This document shows, one piece after another, positions 48,695 through 60,400 of a stretch of DNA of 64,000 nucleotides. Source of the DNA: a virus; IMG/VR virus record IMGVR_UViG_3300027754_000060, positions 1-64,000 of that record. The stretch is one strand, 5' to 3'. Position numbers and translations under genes: made by a program. A model generated the notes under the pieces. The model saw only the letters and a list, made by a program, of their open reading frames with translations. It had not been told where the DNA came from and searched no databases. Position 1 is the first letter of the stretch, and each line of letters opens with the position of its first letter.

Positions 48695-51600
48695 TTAATT
48701 CTTAATTGATGTGAGAGTCCATTTTCCATTTATGTATACAAACATTCCATTTTTTCCACTAGTTGTCTGAAACTCCATCGGATTATCAAAAGGCACTACA
48801 AAACTAGGAACTATTCCAGCTCGTCTTCCTTGGATATAATGTTGTTCTATTTTTACATTAGTATTATTTACTATCTTACCCTTAGCCATAGTTACTGGCT
48901 TACTAATCGGCTCATAGAATCCAGAGTCTATACTATATTTACACAATAATTTAGTTCCTCTTGGGGCAGAATATCCCGCTTTATCTACAACATATACTAA
49001 TCTTCTATATCCTCTTGTCAAAGGCTCCTTACTATATTCTATATCATCTATGAATCCTCGGGTAGCATATGTTTCATCTGAATCATCTTCCTTAATAAGA
49101 TCTTCTTCTAATGTTATATTAACCATCTTATATGGACAAGTATTACTCTCTTTAGATGATAAAAATTCATTTAAAGTAGAAATATCTGTACTATTGGTTA
49201 TTATAGATGGGGGCAATAATTCTTCTGTGCAGCCACCACCACCAGCTGCCCAAAGTTTTCTACTATCATCCCATCTAAGATCTATTGGTCCAACAGGCCA
49301 TAATTCTGGATGCTCCGCCCAATTAAGATGAAAGTATTTACTCGGTTTAGCTTTGATTTTTTTATATTTTACAGCGGCCGCATCCCATTCATAGTTTCTT
49401 CCAACAACATCTCCCAATAGTTGCCCCTCACTATTAATAAAAACTCCTTGTTGTTTATAATCATTTAATCCTCCACTAGTCAATATAAATCTTCTAAATC
49501 TTCCATACTCATCCATATCTTTGGGTTCATCATTAAGATTTGGTACTGGATAACCAGCAGTATCATATCCCCAACTATGAAGCATTAGTGGTCCTCTTAG
49601 TCCAAAAAATCTTTGATTCTGAAGAGTTTTTGCTCCTCCTCCCATCTGATTGAAAATATCATGCTCATAATAGTCTGATGAAACTCCAGTACTAGATATG
49701 TGTCCACTTAGATCTACTAGTTTTTCGCCGTATAAATTATTACTAATACCAAGAGTTAATTCTCCATCTATTGGCATTTCGCCTCTTCCGACAATAGATA
49801 TACTGTGTCTACATTTATCCAATCCTAATCCTGAAGCACCAGTAACAGTTTGAGCATTTGGATTCCTAAATTCTCCATAAGGAACAACAATAGGATTATA
49901 AGCATAAATATTTATTTCTGGCTTGGTATCCTTTAAGGCTATAGCTATTTGTTGTGCAACCGTCTTATTTTTCATCGAGTCTAATATCTTTGCGTTTTTT
50001 ACCACCAGTTTAGATCTAGAGCATACTGGACACGGATACGAAATTTGCTGTGAAACACGAGGCACAGCTGTAGATTTATAGTCTATAAAGCTGATTGGCA
50101 AATTTCCTGCTCCGTGGCACCTTGGACATACTACTGCTCCTACTGGAACCCCGGTAATATGAGAGCTAATAGAATAAGTACCAACATATTGAGTTGGGTA
50201 AAAAGAAAGAGGAGAGAAAATTCCATCCAAACTCATGACTGATTTAGACTCATAACCATTTATTAATTCTGCTCCTACTTCATCTCCCATATACAAACCA
50301 GTCCAAGTTCTAGTTCTTCCTAGCTTATATAAACCAGAAGGACTATTATCTGGTATCGCCGCTCCAATATCGCTCCCAGCAGTATTCCCTAAACTAGGAT
50401 ACGGAATATGAAGTGTAGTTCTCCCTATTAGCGTTTCAACAGGACTGCTTCCATATAGCTTACTACCATATCCACTCATGGAGTCACTATTACTATCTGA
50501 CATTTTTTGTAATATTTTTTGACCATCTACTAAAAAATCATTTCCTATTTTTGATCTATTGCTGCTCATTGTTTTACGATCTTTGATTATTTCAGCAGTT
50601 CTTTTTTTTACTAAGTCCGCATACTCCTTGCTGTATAGTCCTGTTTTTTTGTCATAAGTCTTAAAGCTATAATTGGTGGTGCTTGATCCACCTCCTCCTA
50701 AACTCATGCTAATACTACTGATTATTGGAGCTGTTGCAAGATAATTATTTGGATTATATACCATAACAGTAGGATAGTTCAAAGGCGTTGCTATATAAGC
50801 ATTGTTTATAATTTTTGCATCTATATAACCAATAATGTTTGTAAATTTGGTATATACTTCATTACCATATTTTAGAGAGTTTGCTGGTAGAGCCTGCGTG
50901 AACAATGGTTCAAATCGGCCTCCAAGATTAAATATTGGAGCTCCCTCTACTGTCATGGATCCTTTCTCCATAACAAACTGATAATTCGCTTCCCTTTCCA
51001 TGTCGCTAATGACTTTAGCATCTAGGAAACTCATTCCTCCATAATTCCAAGGAACTAGATCATCGAGGATGTCTATTTTTGTATTGGCGATCATATTTTC
51101 TATAGCAGTATTAGGATTAGCAGCATTGGGATATACAAGGTCTGCCCTGACAGAAGGATAGTTTGTCCATGGTCCATAACAGTACTGGTTAGATATTAAT
51201 GGAACAGCAGCAAATAAAGGATGGGCCATTTTTGGTAGCATGGTAGCAAATTTATATGACTGATTAGCAGGAGATCCTTGATACCCAATTTGACCAAGAT
51301 CTACTTTTATTTGATTTGCAAAAGTACCTCCATATGTAAGACCTGTAAAAGTACTAAGAAATTGGAGTGACGCAAGTTCATCTACAGTGACTGATCTACC
51401 AGATAGCTTAAGCATATGATCATAATAAATAAGATCTTCCATAGCTATATTAGATATTATTGTTAGGTTCGGATCATGAGTATAAGCATAACTAGTATTC
51501 TCCAAAGGTATGGACAATCCAGCAATTATTGCTCGTGGATCACTAAGATTATGAGGATTTAGATAAGCTATCTCTGAAGTATTTACTGTTGTCGCAGAGT

Positions 51601-54600
51601 ACAACTTTTTTGATCCTGCCAAAATAATGTTTCCAAAAGCATCTGATCGACCATGTGTTGCAACCATAACAAATGAAGAATTAGTTCCTAGTTTTGTTAT
51701 ATCTAAAGACTGAGTTAGAAATTGCGAAGATCCTATAGCGGTATATTGTTGTTTTTTCTTGCCTGCTGCGTGATAAGTTCTTGTTATAGATGGATCGCAT
51801 CCCATGTATCCGCCAATAATTTTATTTTGTTCTTTTATCTTTTTCGCCTGTGCAGCAACAGCAGGAGCATTTCCCTGAACAACTAGCATAGCTGCCTCTA
51901 TTTTCTGTTGCCAGGCTTGATACTCCCCGAGGAGGCCAGGATTGGCGAATAAATCAGCATCTGGTTCCTCGTTAGCAATTGTATCAACTCTCAGTTGGTC
52001 CATAGCTATTTGCAGAGTTAGTTTGTCTAATACTGCTTGATGTTCTGCTAATATTTTTTGTTGAGCAGCTAAGTCTTTCATGCACCATGATTGTTTTAGA
52101 TAGTCAATATTGTCGGTAGCATTATATCCAATGATAGGTGGAATAAGACCGTTGTCTTCGCACAAAGTATAATAGTTTTCGTCTCCAATAATAATACAAT
52201 CGTCTAAATAATTACCTACCTCTTCCCAAGCTTTATCTGCAATTTTATAATTTTGATTAATCTTCCTATTTCCCTTAAATACTGGTAAAGATCTTCCTCC
52301 TACTACAATATCTAGTTGGGCATATGACGAATCCTGAGAAGAAGATAGATCCAGAAGCTTAACCATATATTGCTTCCCATAATACTTGTTACCTATATCT
52401 CTAACAAATTCAGCTAGAGTTTTAAGATCTTTTATAAAGTTATGATTCAAGTATATATTAAAATTTTGAAGATCCGATTTTGTAACTACTGGAGCTGCAG
52501 GAGCAGCTGGAGCGGGCATCCCTGGTTCATTCACTGCCGAGTTAAGAAGCGAAGTCCCCAGGCCAGGGCCTTGACCTATCGTTACGATAGCATCCGCTCC
52601 ACCACCTGATGGTGGAGGAGCAGTACCAAAAAAGAGACCCCTTGACATATAGTGACCTACTAATAAGTTATATAAATCAGGCTTGGTATCTTTTGATTTT
52701 CCTAAACAGTAAGTAATATAGGCATCCGTATCTTTCATGGCGCATCTAAGTTCTGTCTCCCTTATCATAAATCCTATGGGTGAAGGATTAGGAGTATATT
52801 GAGCAGCTAAAGACCCGCTGGGATTTGGTGTTGGTGGTGGTGTTGTTGGTGGTGGTGTTGTTGGTGGTGGTGATGGCGGTGTTACTCCTTGAGGAGCAGG
52901 GGATGCTGGAGCAGTCGCTGATCCTCCAGTTCCTCCAATAGGAGTGGAACCAGCCGTACCTGCTCCTCCAGCTGCTCCTGCAGCTCCAGGAAGATTAGCT
53001 ATCTGCTGAGTAGATCCCACATATGCTGGCATTGGTAATAATCCCAAATTTAATAAAGGTATTTCGCTTACGTAAAAAGCTATTGCCAACTGACCATCCC
53101 AAGTGTCTTGATATACTGGTCTAATATGTCTAGATATGTTATTGTCTTTGCTAAGATCAATAATATTATCTCCGTGATATCCAAAAAATGGAGATATCGT
53201 GTCATAATATAACGGATTATATCTTGGGGGCACACATCCAGGAGGCAGAATAGTTTCTTGAGAGGGGTCTGCACTAGAAGAAGAAGGTTGTGTAGTCGTT
53301 GCCGTATCCGGGTCTTGTAATAGCTGAAATTTATTCAAGCACGTATATTTCGCAGGTATTCCAAAAGAATATGGATAATTCCCCATTATAATATTTTCTG
53401 GATTAGGAGCTATTTCATGATCTTTCCATCTGTTGTCTAAAGAATAAAATTTGTTTCCAGTCATCAACTCTCTCATTGCTTCATCAGTATCGAATAAAGA
53501 ATGAATATCAGCTCCCAAAACAGCGGAAGATAAACTTGTATTTCTAGTGCTAAAATAAGATGGGACTCTTAATTTTCCTCTTCCATTAGCGCCGCCAAAT
53601 CTATTCAGATTTACAAACTTATCTATTGATGGATGATATATATAATTAGTCTGGTTGTATGCTAATCTATAATTTTTTGCTTGTAATAATCTTTGTTGTG
53701 GTCCTCCCACTTTCATTATTCTTGGAGCAACATTATTATTTTTTTCTTTTCCATAAGTTGTTGAAGATATTGAGAAGCCAGATTTTTCTAAAGAAAGAAT
53801 AGTCTTCTCTACTGTAGAATCATGGGTTTCCATTGTTCTTTCGATAGTTTTTATTTTAATGATATTATGCACATTACCGTTTACAGCAAAAGATAGAGCT
53901 GCTGTGGTTCTGTCTGATCCATTTGCTTCTATTATATTGTCGATAAATTGGGAGATAGTCATCTTGTCTTCTGACATTCTGTGAGTCAGAGGAGGTCTTT
54001 TAATAGCCGATAAATCAAGACCAAATACACATCGTGGTATTGGGGTCACACTATCGCTTATTACCAAAGCTGTATTGGTTGTTGGAGGAATAACTCCAAA
54101 AGCATAAGTTTTAAAGTTCGGAGTAATCCTGATAGAGTTTGTGGTCTCCATAGTTTTAGACATAATTCTACCAAATGGAGAAAAGGCTGTTTTATTTAAA
54201 TTCTTTAAAACGCTAGCATCTTCGCAACAGGTCAAGACAGCAAGAGCATCTAGAGCATAGGCAGAAGGAATTCCGTCCTCCGTTTTTTTTGCTCCACCAA
54301 AATTATTCATACCCATTGATTCTAAAAATCCGTAAACATTAAAAACATTAGGAATAGCTCCCTCTTTAATATTTCCCACATATTCAACTCCTGGCCCGAC
54401 ATAATTCTTAGGTCCCCCATAAGGTTTTCCTGCAATTTTTGAAAAAATAGACCCGGGATATTTATTAAGAATAACATAAGATTCATTAAGCAGTGTCTCT
54501 ACACTACTTATTTGAACACTATACGATACAGTACCAACCCTATTGTGTCTTTCCCAAGATTCTATCAATCCAGTAAATGTAAAATCAGCCATCTTAAATA

Positions 54601-55078
54601 CTACGGGAGTTCCGATTATATTATACTTATATATTCTCTTTTCATTTAGAGTTCCATCTGGAGCTACTCTGGTAGAAACCCCAAAGAATCCAGGATCTTC
54701 AAGGACCCAGTATCTTGAGACTAGACCAGAATCTGTCCAAGCATAATATAGTTTTCCAGGAATATTCTTAGTAGTATGAGCAGGTATAGCATTAGAATTG
54801 TAGACTTCGCCCTTTTCATTAACATAGCAATAATCGTTAAGCGGGGCCCCACAGGTATAATAATGATCGTCTGGATATGATAAAGTTGCGGGATATTGAG
54901 CTACTGGAGAAGACGAACCCTCTGGATAGCAAACCAATGGCTGATTATCCTCTACAAGATCAACAGTCAAACTAGATCCTGATCCACCCCAACCCATATT
55001 AGAGTTAAAACTAGATACGCTAGCTCCTAAGAATAAGGTTTGTCCTAATAATTTTACTGGAGATGCACAAACAGCCAT
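48695..55078 (-). CDS. 2127-aa putative tail or baseplate protein
   Basis: Uninterrupted ORF in the structural block with a Pro/Gly linker and CPRC...CPVC; function is inferred from size and context. Confidence 0.6.
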   Translation of the reverse strand: MAVCASPVKLLGQTLFLGASVSSFNSNMGWGGSGSSLTVDLVEDNQPLVCYPEGSSSPVAQYPATLSYPDDHYYTCGAPLNDYCYVNEKGEVYNSNAIPAHTTKNIPGKLYYAWTDSGLVSRYWVLEDPGFFGVSTRVAPDGTLNEKRIYKYNIIGTPVVFKMADFTFTGLIESWERHNRVGTVSYSVQISSVETLLNESYVILNKYPGSIFSKIAGKPYGGPKNYVGPGVEYVGNIKEGAIPNVFNVYGFLESMGMNNFGGAKKTEDGIPSAYALDALAVLTCCEDASVLKNLNKTAFSPFGRIMSKTMETTNSIRITPNFKTYAFGVIPPTTNTALVISDSVTPIPRCVFGLDLSAIKRPPLTHRMSEDKMTISQFIDNIIEANGSDRTTAALSFAVNGNVHNIIKIKTIERTMETHDSTVEKTILSLEKSGFSISSTTYGKEKNNNVAPRIMKVGGPQQRLLQAKNYRLAYNQTNYIYHPSIDKFVNLNRFGGANGRGKLRVPSYFSTRNTSLSSAVLGADIHSLFDTDEAMRELMTGNKFYSLDNRWKDHEIAPNPENIIMGNYPYSFGIPAKYTCLNKFQLLQDPDTATTTQPSSSSADPSQETILPPGCVPPRYNPLYYDTISPFFGYHGDNIIDLSKDNNISRHIRPVYQDTWDGQLAIAFYVSEIPLLNLGLLPMPAYVGSTQQIANLPGAAGAAGGAGTAGSTPIGGTGGSATAPASPAPQGVTPPSPPPTTPPPTTPPPTPNPSGSLAAQYTPNPSPIGFMIRETELRCAMKDTDAYITYCLGKSKDTKPDLYNLLVGHYMSRGLFFGTAPPPSGGGADAIVTIGQGPGLGTSLLNSAVNEPGMPAPAAPAAPVVTKSDLQNFNIYLNHNFIKDLKTLAEFVRDIGNKYYGKQYMVKLLDLSSSQDSSYAQLDIVVGGRSLPVFKGNRKINQNYKIADKAWEEVGNYLDDCIIIGDENYYTLCEDNGLIPPIIGYNATDNIDYLKQSWCMKDLAAQQKILAEHQAVLDKLTLQIAMDQLRVDTIANEEPDADLFANPGLLGEYQAWQQKIEAAMLVVQGNAPAVAAQAKKIKEQNKIIGGYMGCDPSITRTYHAAGKKKQQYTAIGSSQFLTQSLDITKLGTNSSFVMVATHGRSDAFGNIILAGSKKLYSATTVNTSEIAYLNPHNLSDPRAIIAGLSIPLENTSYAYTHDPNLTIISNIAMEDLIYYDHMLKLSGRSVTVDELASLQFLSTFTGLTYGGTFANQIKVDLGQIGYQGSPANQSYKFATMLPKMAHPLFAAVPLISNQYCYGPWTNYPSVRADLVYPNAANPNTAIENMIANTKIDILDDLVPWNYGGMSFLDAKVISDMEREANYQFVMEKGSMTVEGAPIFNLGGRFEPLFTQALPANSLKYGNEVYTKFTNIIGYIDAKIINNAYIATPLNYPTVMVYNPNNYLATAPIISSISMSLGGGGSSTTNYSFKTYDKKTGLYSKEYADLVKKRTAEIIKDRKTMSSNRSKIGNDFLVDGQKILQKMSDSNSDSMSGYGSKLYGSSPVETLIGRTTLHIPYPSLGNTAGSDIGAAIPDNSPSGLYKLGRTRTWTGLYMGDEVGAELINGYESKSVMSLDGIFSPLSFYPTQYVGTYSISSHITGVPVGAVVCPRCHGAGNLPISFIDYKSTAVPRVSQQISYPCPVCSRSKLVVKNAKILDSMKNKTVAQQIAIALKDTKPEINIYAYNPIVVPYGEFRNPNAQTVTGASGLGLDKCRHSISIVGRGEMPIDGELTLGISNNLYGEKLVDLSGHISSTGVSSDYYEHDIFNQMGGGAKTLQNQRFFGLRGPLMLHSWGYDTAGYPVPNLNDEPKDMDEYGRFRRFILTSGGLNDYKQQGVFINSEGQLLGDVVGRNYEWDAAAVKYKKIKAKPSKYFHLNWAEHPELWPVGPIDLRWDDSRKLWAAGGGGCTEELLPPSIITNSTDISTLNEFLSSKESNTCPYKMVNITLEEDLIKEDDSDETYATRGFIDDIEYSKEPLTRGYRRLVYVVDKAGYSAPRGTKLLCKYSIDSGFYEPISKPVTMAKGKIVNNTNVKIEQHYIQGRRAGIVPSFVVPFDNPMEFQTTSGKNGMFVYINGKWTLTSIKN

Positions 55079-55081
55079 GAT

Positions 55082-57022
55082 TTAATGGTTCCTATAATCT
55101 ATAGTTAAGCTACATGGCTGAAAAGTCCATGATACATTTCTTGAATATCTTCCTGTTGTTGGGCTCCAACTGTTTGTATCGCTGGTTACAAAAGCTATAC
55201 CCAGTCTATTTTTTGCTAGACCAGGGAATATAGTCTGATCGGCTATTCCAAAGGGTCTGTTTCCCTCTATAAGACTTTCTATCGTCCTATATATCTCTCC
55301 ACCGGTCCACACCGGACACAAAGGGTTCGTTTGAAAAAATCCATTTATTAGTATTGGAGGTCTAACCACGATATCAACATTGATTGTTTTTCTAGCAGAA
55401 GATCGTCCTGTTTTTGCTAATATTGGCCCAAGAGCCCGACCTATAACTTGTGTTTCGCTAATAGTATCTGTTGGAGCATCAACATTAATAGAAACATTTT
55501 GACTGATTACTCCATCTATAAGGTTGTGATTATTGTTAAATTCATGAGTATATGAGATAGTGCCTTTTCTTGGATCGTGACCCTCTGATGTTGATGTTGG
55601 AATAACATTTAGAAGCGCGTCTGTTGAGTATATAGGATTTTTTGGATGGCCGTTAGGAGTGGGGAAATTTTCTGTCTGTCTATCAAGATTATGCATTCCA
55701 TAACAAGCTCTTCTATATAAGAAGGGTTTTATATGATGCATCCACCCGCTTAAAGCATTTTCATATTTTGATGGTGCTATAGTAGCAGACTTTTTAGTAT
55801 CTAGAGAAGTATAAGATCCTGTTATCTCCCCTGGCTTTAGAGAATAGCCCAAATCTATGTTCTGTGTTGGAGCTGATGCTGCAAGAGGTTGGACTATAGC
55901 AGGTACCCCGGTAGGAAGTATTCCAGATGCTCCAGATCGTATACCTGGGTCTTCATAGACTAATCCAGCAATATTCCCTTGTACTCTAACTGTTTTTGTG
56001 TGACCCTCAGATGTTGATAGTTCTATGGAATATGTTTCTGTGTATGGAACACCTGTTGGAAGAGATATCCATGAATCGCTAACCTCATAAGAAGCATTGG
56101 CAACATCCATTGTTGTTGATCTGGTATGGTTAAAGAAATGAGTTGTCGAAAATGGTAAAGAGACTGTTGGAGAATAGCCAATCTGACTATTAACACCACC
56201 CGTACCACTAAATCCTCTGGCTATTCTATCGTGAACCCAGGTTTTAGCTTTATGAAAAGAATTTGTGCCTAAATCATATGTTTGAGCAGCAGTTCCAGTA
56301 GCCATTACCCGTAATCCTTTTGCTGATAACCTTCTAGTAATTCGAAACTGAGGAATTGTTATAATCGATAGAGCTTTAGATGTAGAAGTGCTGCCTACAT
56401 TAGTTCCGCCAGATTCACCAAAAGGATTGAGCTCCTCTCCTTTCACTGTAATATTAGCATTAAGATTTGTATATGAAGTATCGTCCATTTGCTCTACAGA
56501 CCAACTTTCGCCCCTTTCCTTTACTTGTTCATTTGGATCATCCGTTAAAGCTGTTTCGTGTTGCAAAGAAATTGAGTAGTCAGCTGTTCCTGTCCAATTG
56601 TTAGATGTTTCAGAAACACTAAAAGCTGTTACTACGACTCCGCTAGCTTCATACATGGGCAAGTCAGTACCGCATTTTATCTTAAAGGTTCCAGAGGTAT
56701 TGTTTCTGAATAATTTCTTAAGATCACTGATTCCTCCTAGTATACCAGATATATTAGCATAGGGGAAAGTTACTGACTGACCAGGGCCAGTTCTAACAAT
56801 TTTTCCCTTTAATTCGATACTGTGGGTCGTACTATCTGGTAATCCATTACCATTAAGATTTATTTGACTACTTAGACTAACTATCGGAACGGGGCCTGTT
56901 ATAGAATGGATACCTGTTCCGTTAAATTCGACGACAACTGCTGGTGTTGTGGCTGGTGCAGGAGCGGCCAAAATCTCAAAAGAGGTATCTATATTTGTTG
57001 ATTCAGGTGGGGTATAAACCAT
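55082..57022 (-). CDS. 646-aa putative tail structural protein
   Basis: Beta-rich ORF heading the three-gene coupled block. Confidence 0.6.
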   Translation of the reverse strand: MVYTPPESTNIDTSFEILAAPAPATTPAVVVEFNGTGIHSITGPVPIVSLSSQINLNGNGLPDSTTHSIELKGKIVRTGPGQSVTFPYANISGILGGISDLKKLFRNNTSGTFKIKCGTDLPMYEASGVVVTAFSVSETSNNWTGTADYSISLQHETALTDDPNEQVKERGESWSVEQMDDTSYTNLNANITVKGEELNPFGESGGTNVGSTSTSKALSIITIPQFRITRRLSAKGLRVMATGTAAQTYDLGTNSFHKAKTWVHDRIARGFSGTGGVNSQIGYSPTVSLPFSTTHFFNHTRSTTMDVANASYEVSDSWISLPTGVPYTETYSIELSTSEGHTKTVRVQGNIAGLVYEDPGIRSGASGILPTGVPAIVQPLAASAPTQNIDLGYSLKPGEITGSYTSLDTKKSATIAPSKYENALSGWMHHIKPFLYRRACYGMHNLDRQTENFPTPNGHPKNPIYSTDALLNVIPTSTSEGHDPRKGTISYTHEFNNNHNLIDGVISQNVSINVDAPTDTISETQVIGRALGPILAKTGRSSARKTINVDIVVRPPILINGFFQTNPLCPVWTGGEIYRTIESLIEGNRPFGIADQTIFPGLAKNRLGIAFVTSDTNSWSPTTGRYSRNVSWTFQPCSLTIDYRNH

Positions 57023-57063
57023 AAATGAGCAATATCCTTCCTATAATATAATATATCCTTTCT

Positions 57064-57075
57064 TATATTTACACC
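57064..57075 (-). promoter_or_regulatory. GGTGTA motif on the - strand
   Basis: Reads GGTGTAAATATA on the - strand, about 45 nt upstream of the ATG at 57022. Confidence 0.55.
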
Positions 57076-57113
57076 AAAAGAACTAATGGCCATTTCTAGT
57101 TATTATTATTAGC

Positions 57114-57422
57114 TTACAGCTTATTACAGGTAGTAGATGGACAAGTTAATAATTGACTTAGATATAAGAATCTATTAGGACTCATAATATCAACAGATAG
57201 ATTTTCTGTTACAACTTCTACAATCATAGCTGGTAATAATATATCTTTTGTTAAAGTAATAAATATCTTTTGTCTAGTAGCAAAAGCAGTAAAGCTAATC
57301 GTGGGTCGATCTATTGTTGCTGTTAAGTTTGTTGGATTATGCAAAGTTATCTTAGACACATAATCATGAGTTATTGTTAAATCTGGAATTATTATTTGTA
57401 CTATCTCTGTATAGTTTGCCAT
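57114..57422 (-). CDS. hypothetical protein
   Basis: 102-aa ORF co-oriented with its neighbours. Confidence 0.7.
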   Translation of the reverse strand: MANYTEIVQIIIPDLTITHDYVSKITLHNPTNLTATIDRPTISFTAFATRQKIFITLTKDILLPAMIVEVVTENLSVDIMSPNRFLYLSQLLTCPSTTCNKL

Positions 57423-57444
57423 ATGATTTTACTTTATTTTTAAA

Positions 57445-60400
57445 TTAATTACAAGTAGTAACTCTGAGACCAGAACCACAAGTGATTGCCATAAAGTCCA
57501 GAGAAGATACATTAGTGGCATTATGGGTTAATACACAACTAATCAAAGATTGTCCAGAAGGAGCTATATCTATAGTTCCGAGAGTATTTATGACTCCAAC
57601 CCCATTATTGAAATAAGCAGAGCCTGTTACTGGATAGAAGCTCCCAACATATGATCCAGAAAAAGCATAAGAATATTTCTCGCCAGGAATAGCATTAGTA
57701 ACATTGACAGATAGGGCTTTAACTCCAGAACAACAGCCAGTTGGCAGAACTATTTCATTTCCATTGCCACCCCCAAAAGCTATATTAGCATAACTAATTT
57801 TGGGCAGACAATTGGTGCAAGACAGTAATATTTCTTCGCTAGCAGTCTGAACAGTATCGCAAGATGAGTCAGTTATAATCAGTTTAACTTTAGTATACAG
57901 AAAATTATTTTGTATTTTTTGATCTAAATAGCTATCTAGATCATAATTAATTAAGCCCGGAGTTCCAGCTGGGCATAATCCTGTTGGTGAGCAAAAATAG
58001 TATCTGGACACTAGTGGAGAATTATATGGAAGCAGACCCAATTTAGTAGATGTAAAAGATCCAGTAGCTGGGCTAATAACGGTTGGCCAATTCGAATCTA
58101 TACCACTAAAAGCATAAGAATATGTTTCCAATGGCTTCAGACCAATCATGGACACGGGCAAAATTCCCGTATTGCGATCAGTAAGAGTTGTTATTTGTGA
58201 GGGGGCAACAGATATTAGTGGGTTTAAGCACTTGTCGCAATTTAATGTAAAGTCTTGACTACCAGAGACATCCCCTCCACAAGACTCTTGAACAATCTTT
58301 AAATTCAACTTAGCGAACGGATTACTGTCTGAGATTTGTCCGTATGGGCATGAAGAGGTTAGCTCATAGTCTAATACGTTTACGCCTGAAGACGGACAGC
58401 TTCCTGTAGTATGGCAAAACTTTAATGTGGAAACTATATTTTTAGTATTAGCCTTTGCTATAAAAGATCCTGATACAGGAAGGGCTACGACTGGCCAATT
58501 TGCCTCTGTCGAGCTAAATAAATAACTGTATTCTTGACCAATTATTAGCCCGCTAACAGAAGAAGCGAAAGAATGTGTGTTGGTCCCATTTGCGACAGTT
58601 ATAGAATTATTAATAATATTTGCAGCGGCATCCAAAGATATATTAATTTTGGGCAAGCAATCAACACATCTTACTTTGACCAAATCACTAAGTACAACAT
58701 CTCCGTTATAGCTCTGTGGAGTTATCTGTAATTTAAAAGATGATTGTTTAATAGGATTTTTTAAAGAACCATAATTACAACCAGAGGTATTACTAGGATT
58801 ATAATCTAAGATATTAGGGCTCCCAGAAGGACATAACCCAGTGCTATTACAAAATCTCACATCAAAATCCAGAACACTTGGCAAGACATTCGAAAGAGAT
58901 GTTATCTGTCCTGTCATTGGACTAAGATATGTTGGCCAATTAGAGTCTTGCTCTATAATCTCGTAACTGTATGTTTCCCCCATAGATAATCCATCAATAT
59001 ATACTGGTAGAATAAATTTATCATCTCTGATATCAGTGCTTATCCGAGATGTATCAATAACTATTTTTGGTAAGCAGTCATCGCAACTTATTTCTATATC
59101 CTCACTAATTACTTTTTCTTCAGGACAAGATGCTGGATATACCTCTAATCTCAGCTTTCCTCTTAACTTATCTAACTGTTTATAGACGTTGGTATCTTTT
59201 ATGTCTAAGTTATATGGGATTAAATTAGCATCGCCCGCTGAGCAGCTCCCTGTTGTTGCGCAAAAAATAAAACTCGTTGATATATTATGTCTTGCCTGAA
59301 GATTTCCATCCAGGGTTCCTGATTTTGGAAATACAATAATCGGCCAATTCGCTTCTGACCCAATAAATGAATATACATACTGCTTTTGTAGCTCTAATCC
59401 CTGAGCAATAATATTAACGTTTGCTATGTTACCAGCCAAAGATCCCCTTAAAGAGACGGTCTCTGGCGATGTTATTCTCACCCTTGGAATACAGTCGCGA
59501 CAGTTAAGACTAATTATTTCTGATTTAATAATCGGGTCATAACAAGATAATGGAGTTATTACTATTCGAATATTTGAAAATCTATCAACGGTATCTTTGT
59601 AAACACAGGAAGATCCAGTTTGAGACACATAGTCAATAACATTCTCTGAACCATTTGGACAATCGCCAGTTGATGGACAAAAAATATAGTTTGTAGCTAT
59701 GCGTCCAGTAGTCAGAGATGATGTGGTTAAAATTCCAGAAATTGGATAACACACAACGGGCCAATTTGCATCAATAGGTTCTATCTCATATGCATATGTT
59801 TGATATGGCCGTAAATTATAAATAGGAGCCGAAAGGCTACCTCTGTTATTCCCTATTCCTACGAGAGAAGGAACGCTCGGAATTTGTACAACTGTTTTAG
59901 GTAAACAATTATCACAAGATATTGTAAAATCCCTAGTTGTAATGCTTGGAGCATTGCCGTTCGCTGCAGACAGAGTTATGCTCATCTTAGAATACTTGTT
60001 TTTTTGCTCAAGACACTCATCGCCGGGTATTTCGTAATCCATAATTTTATCTGCTCCAACAGGACATTCCCCTGTTGATAAACAGAACGTGGCTTTGCTA
60101 TATATCGTTGCTTGTGACTGATTTCTAATATATCCAGATACTGGATTTACGGACACAGGCCAATTTGCCTCTGATGAATTTATAGTATAGATATATTCTA
60201 TATCGTCGTCAAGACCTTCTATGATGGAAGAGATAACTGCTACGTTTCCATTTGCCGAGTTTACATTGCTTGGAGCTAATATCAAATCCCTTGGCTCTAT
60301 AGAGACAGATAATTTGGGCAGGCAGTCATTGCAATACATAGACATAGGAGCGCTAGTTACAGGATTTCCGTTACAGCGATTTGGAGTAATAGTTAAGTCA

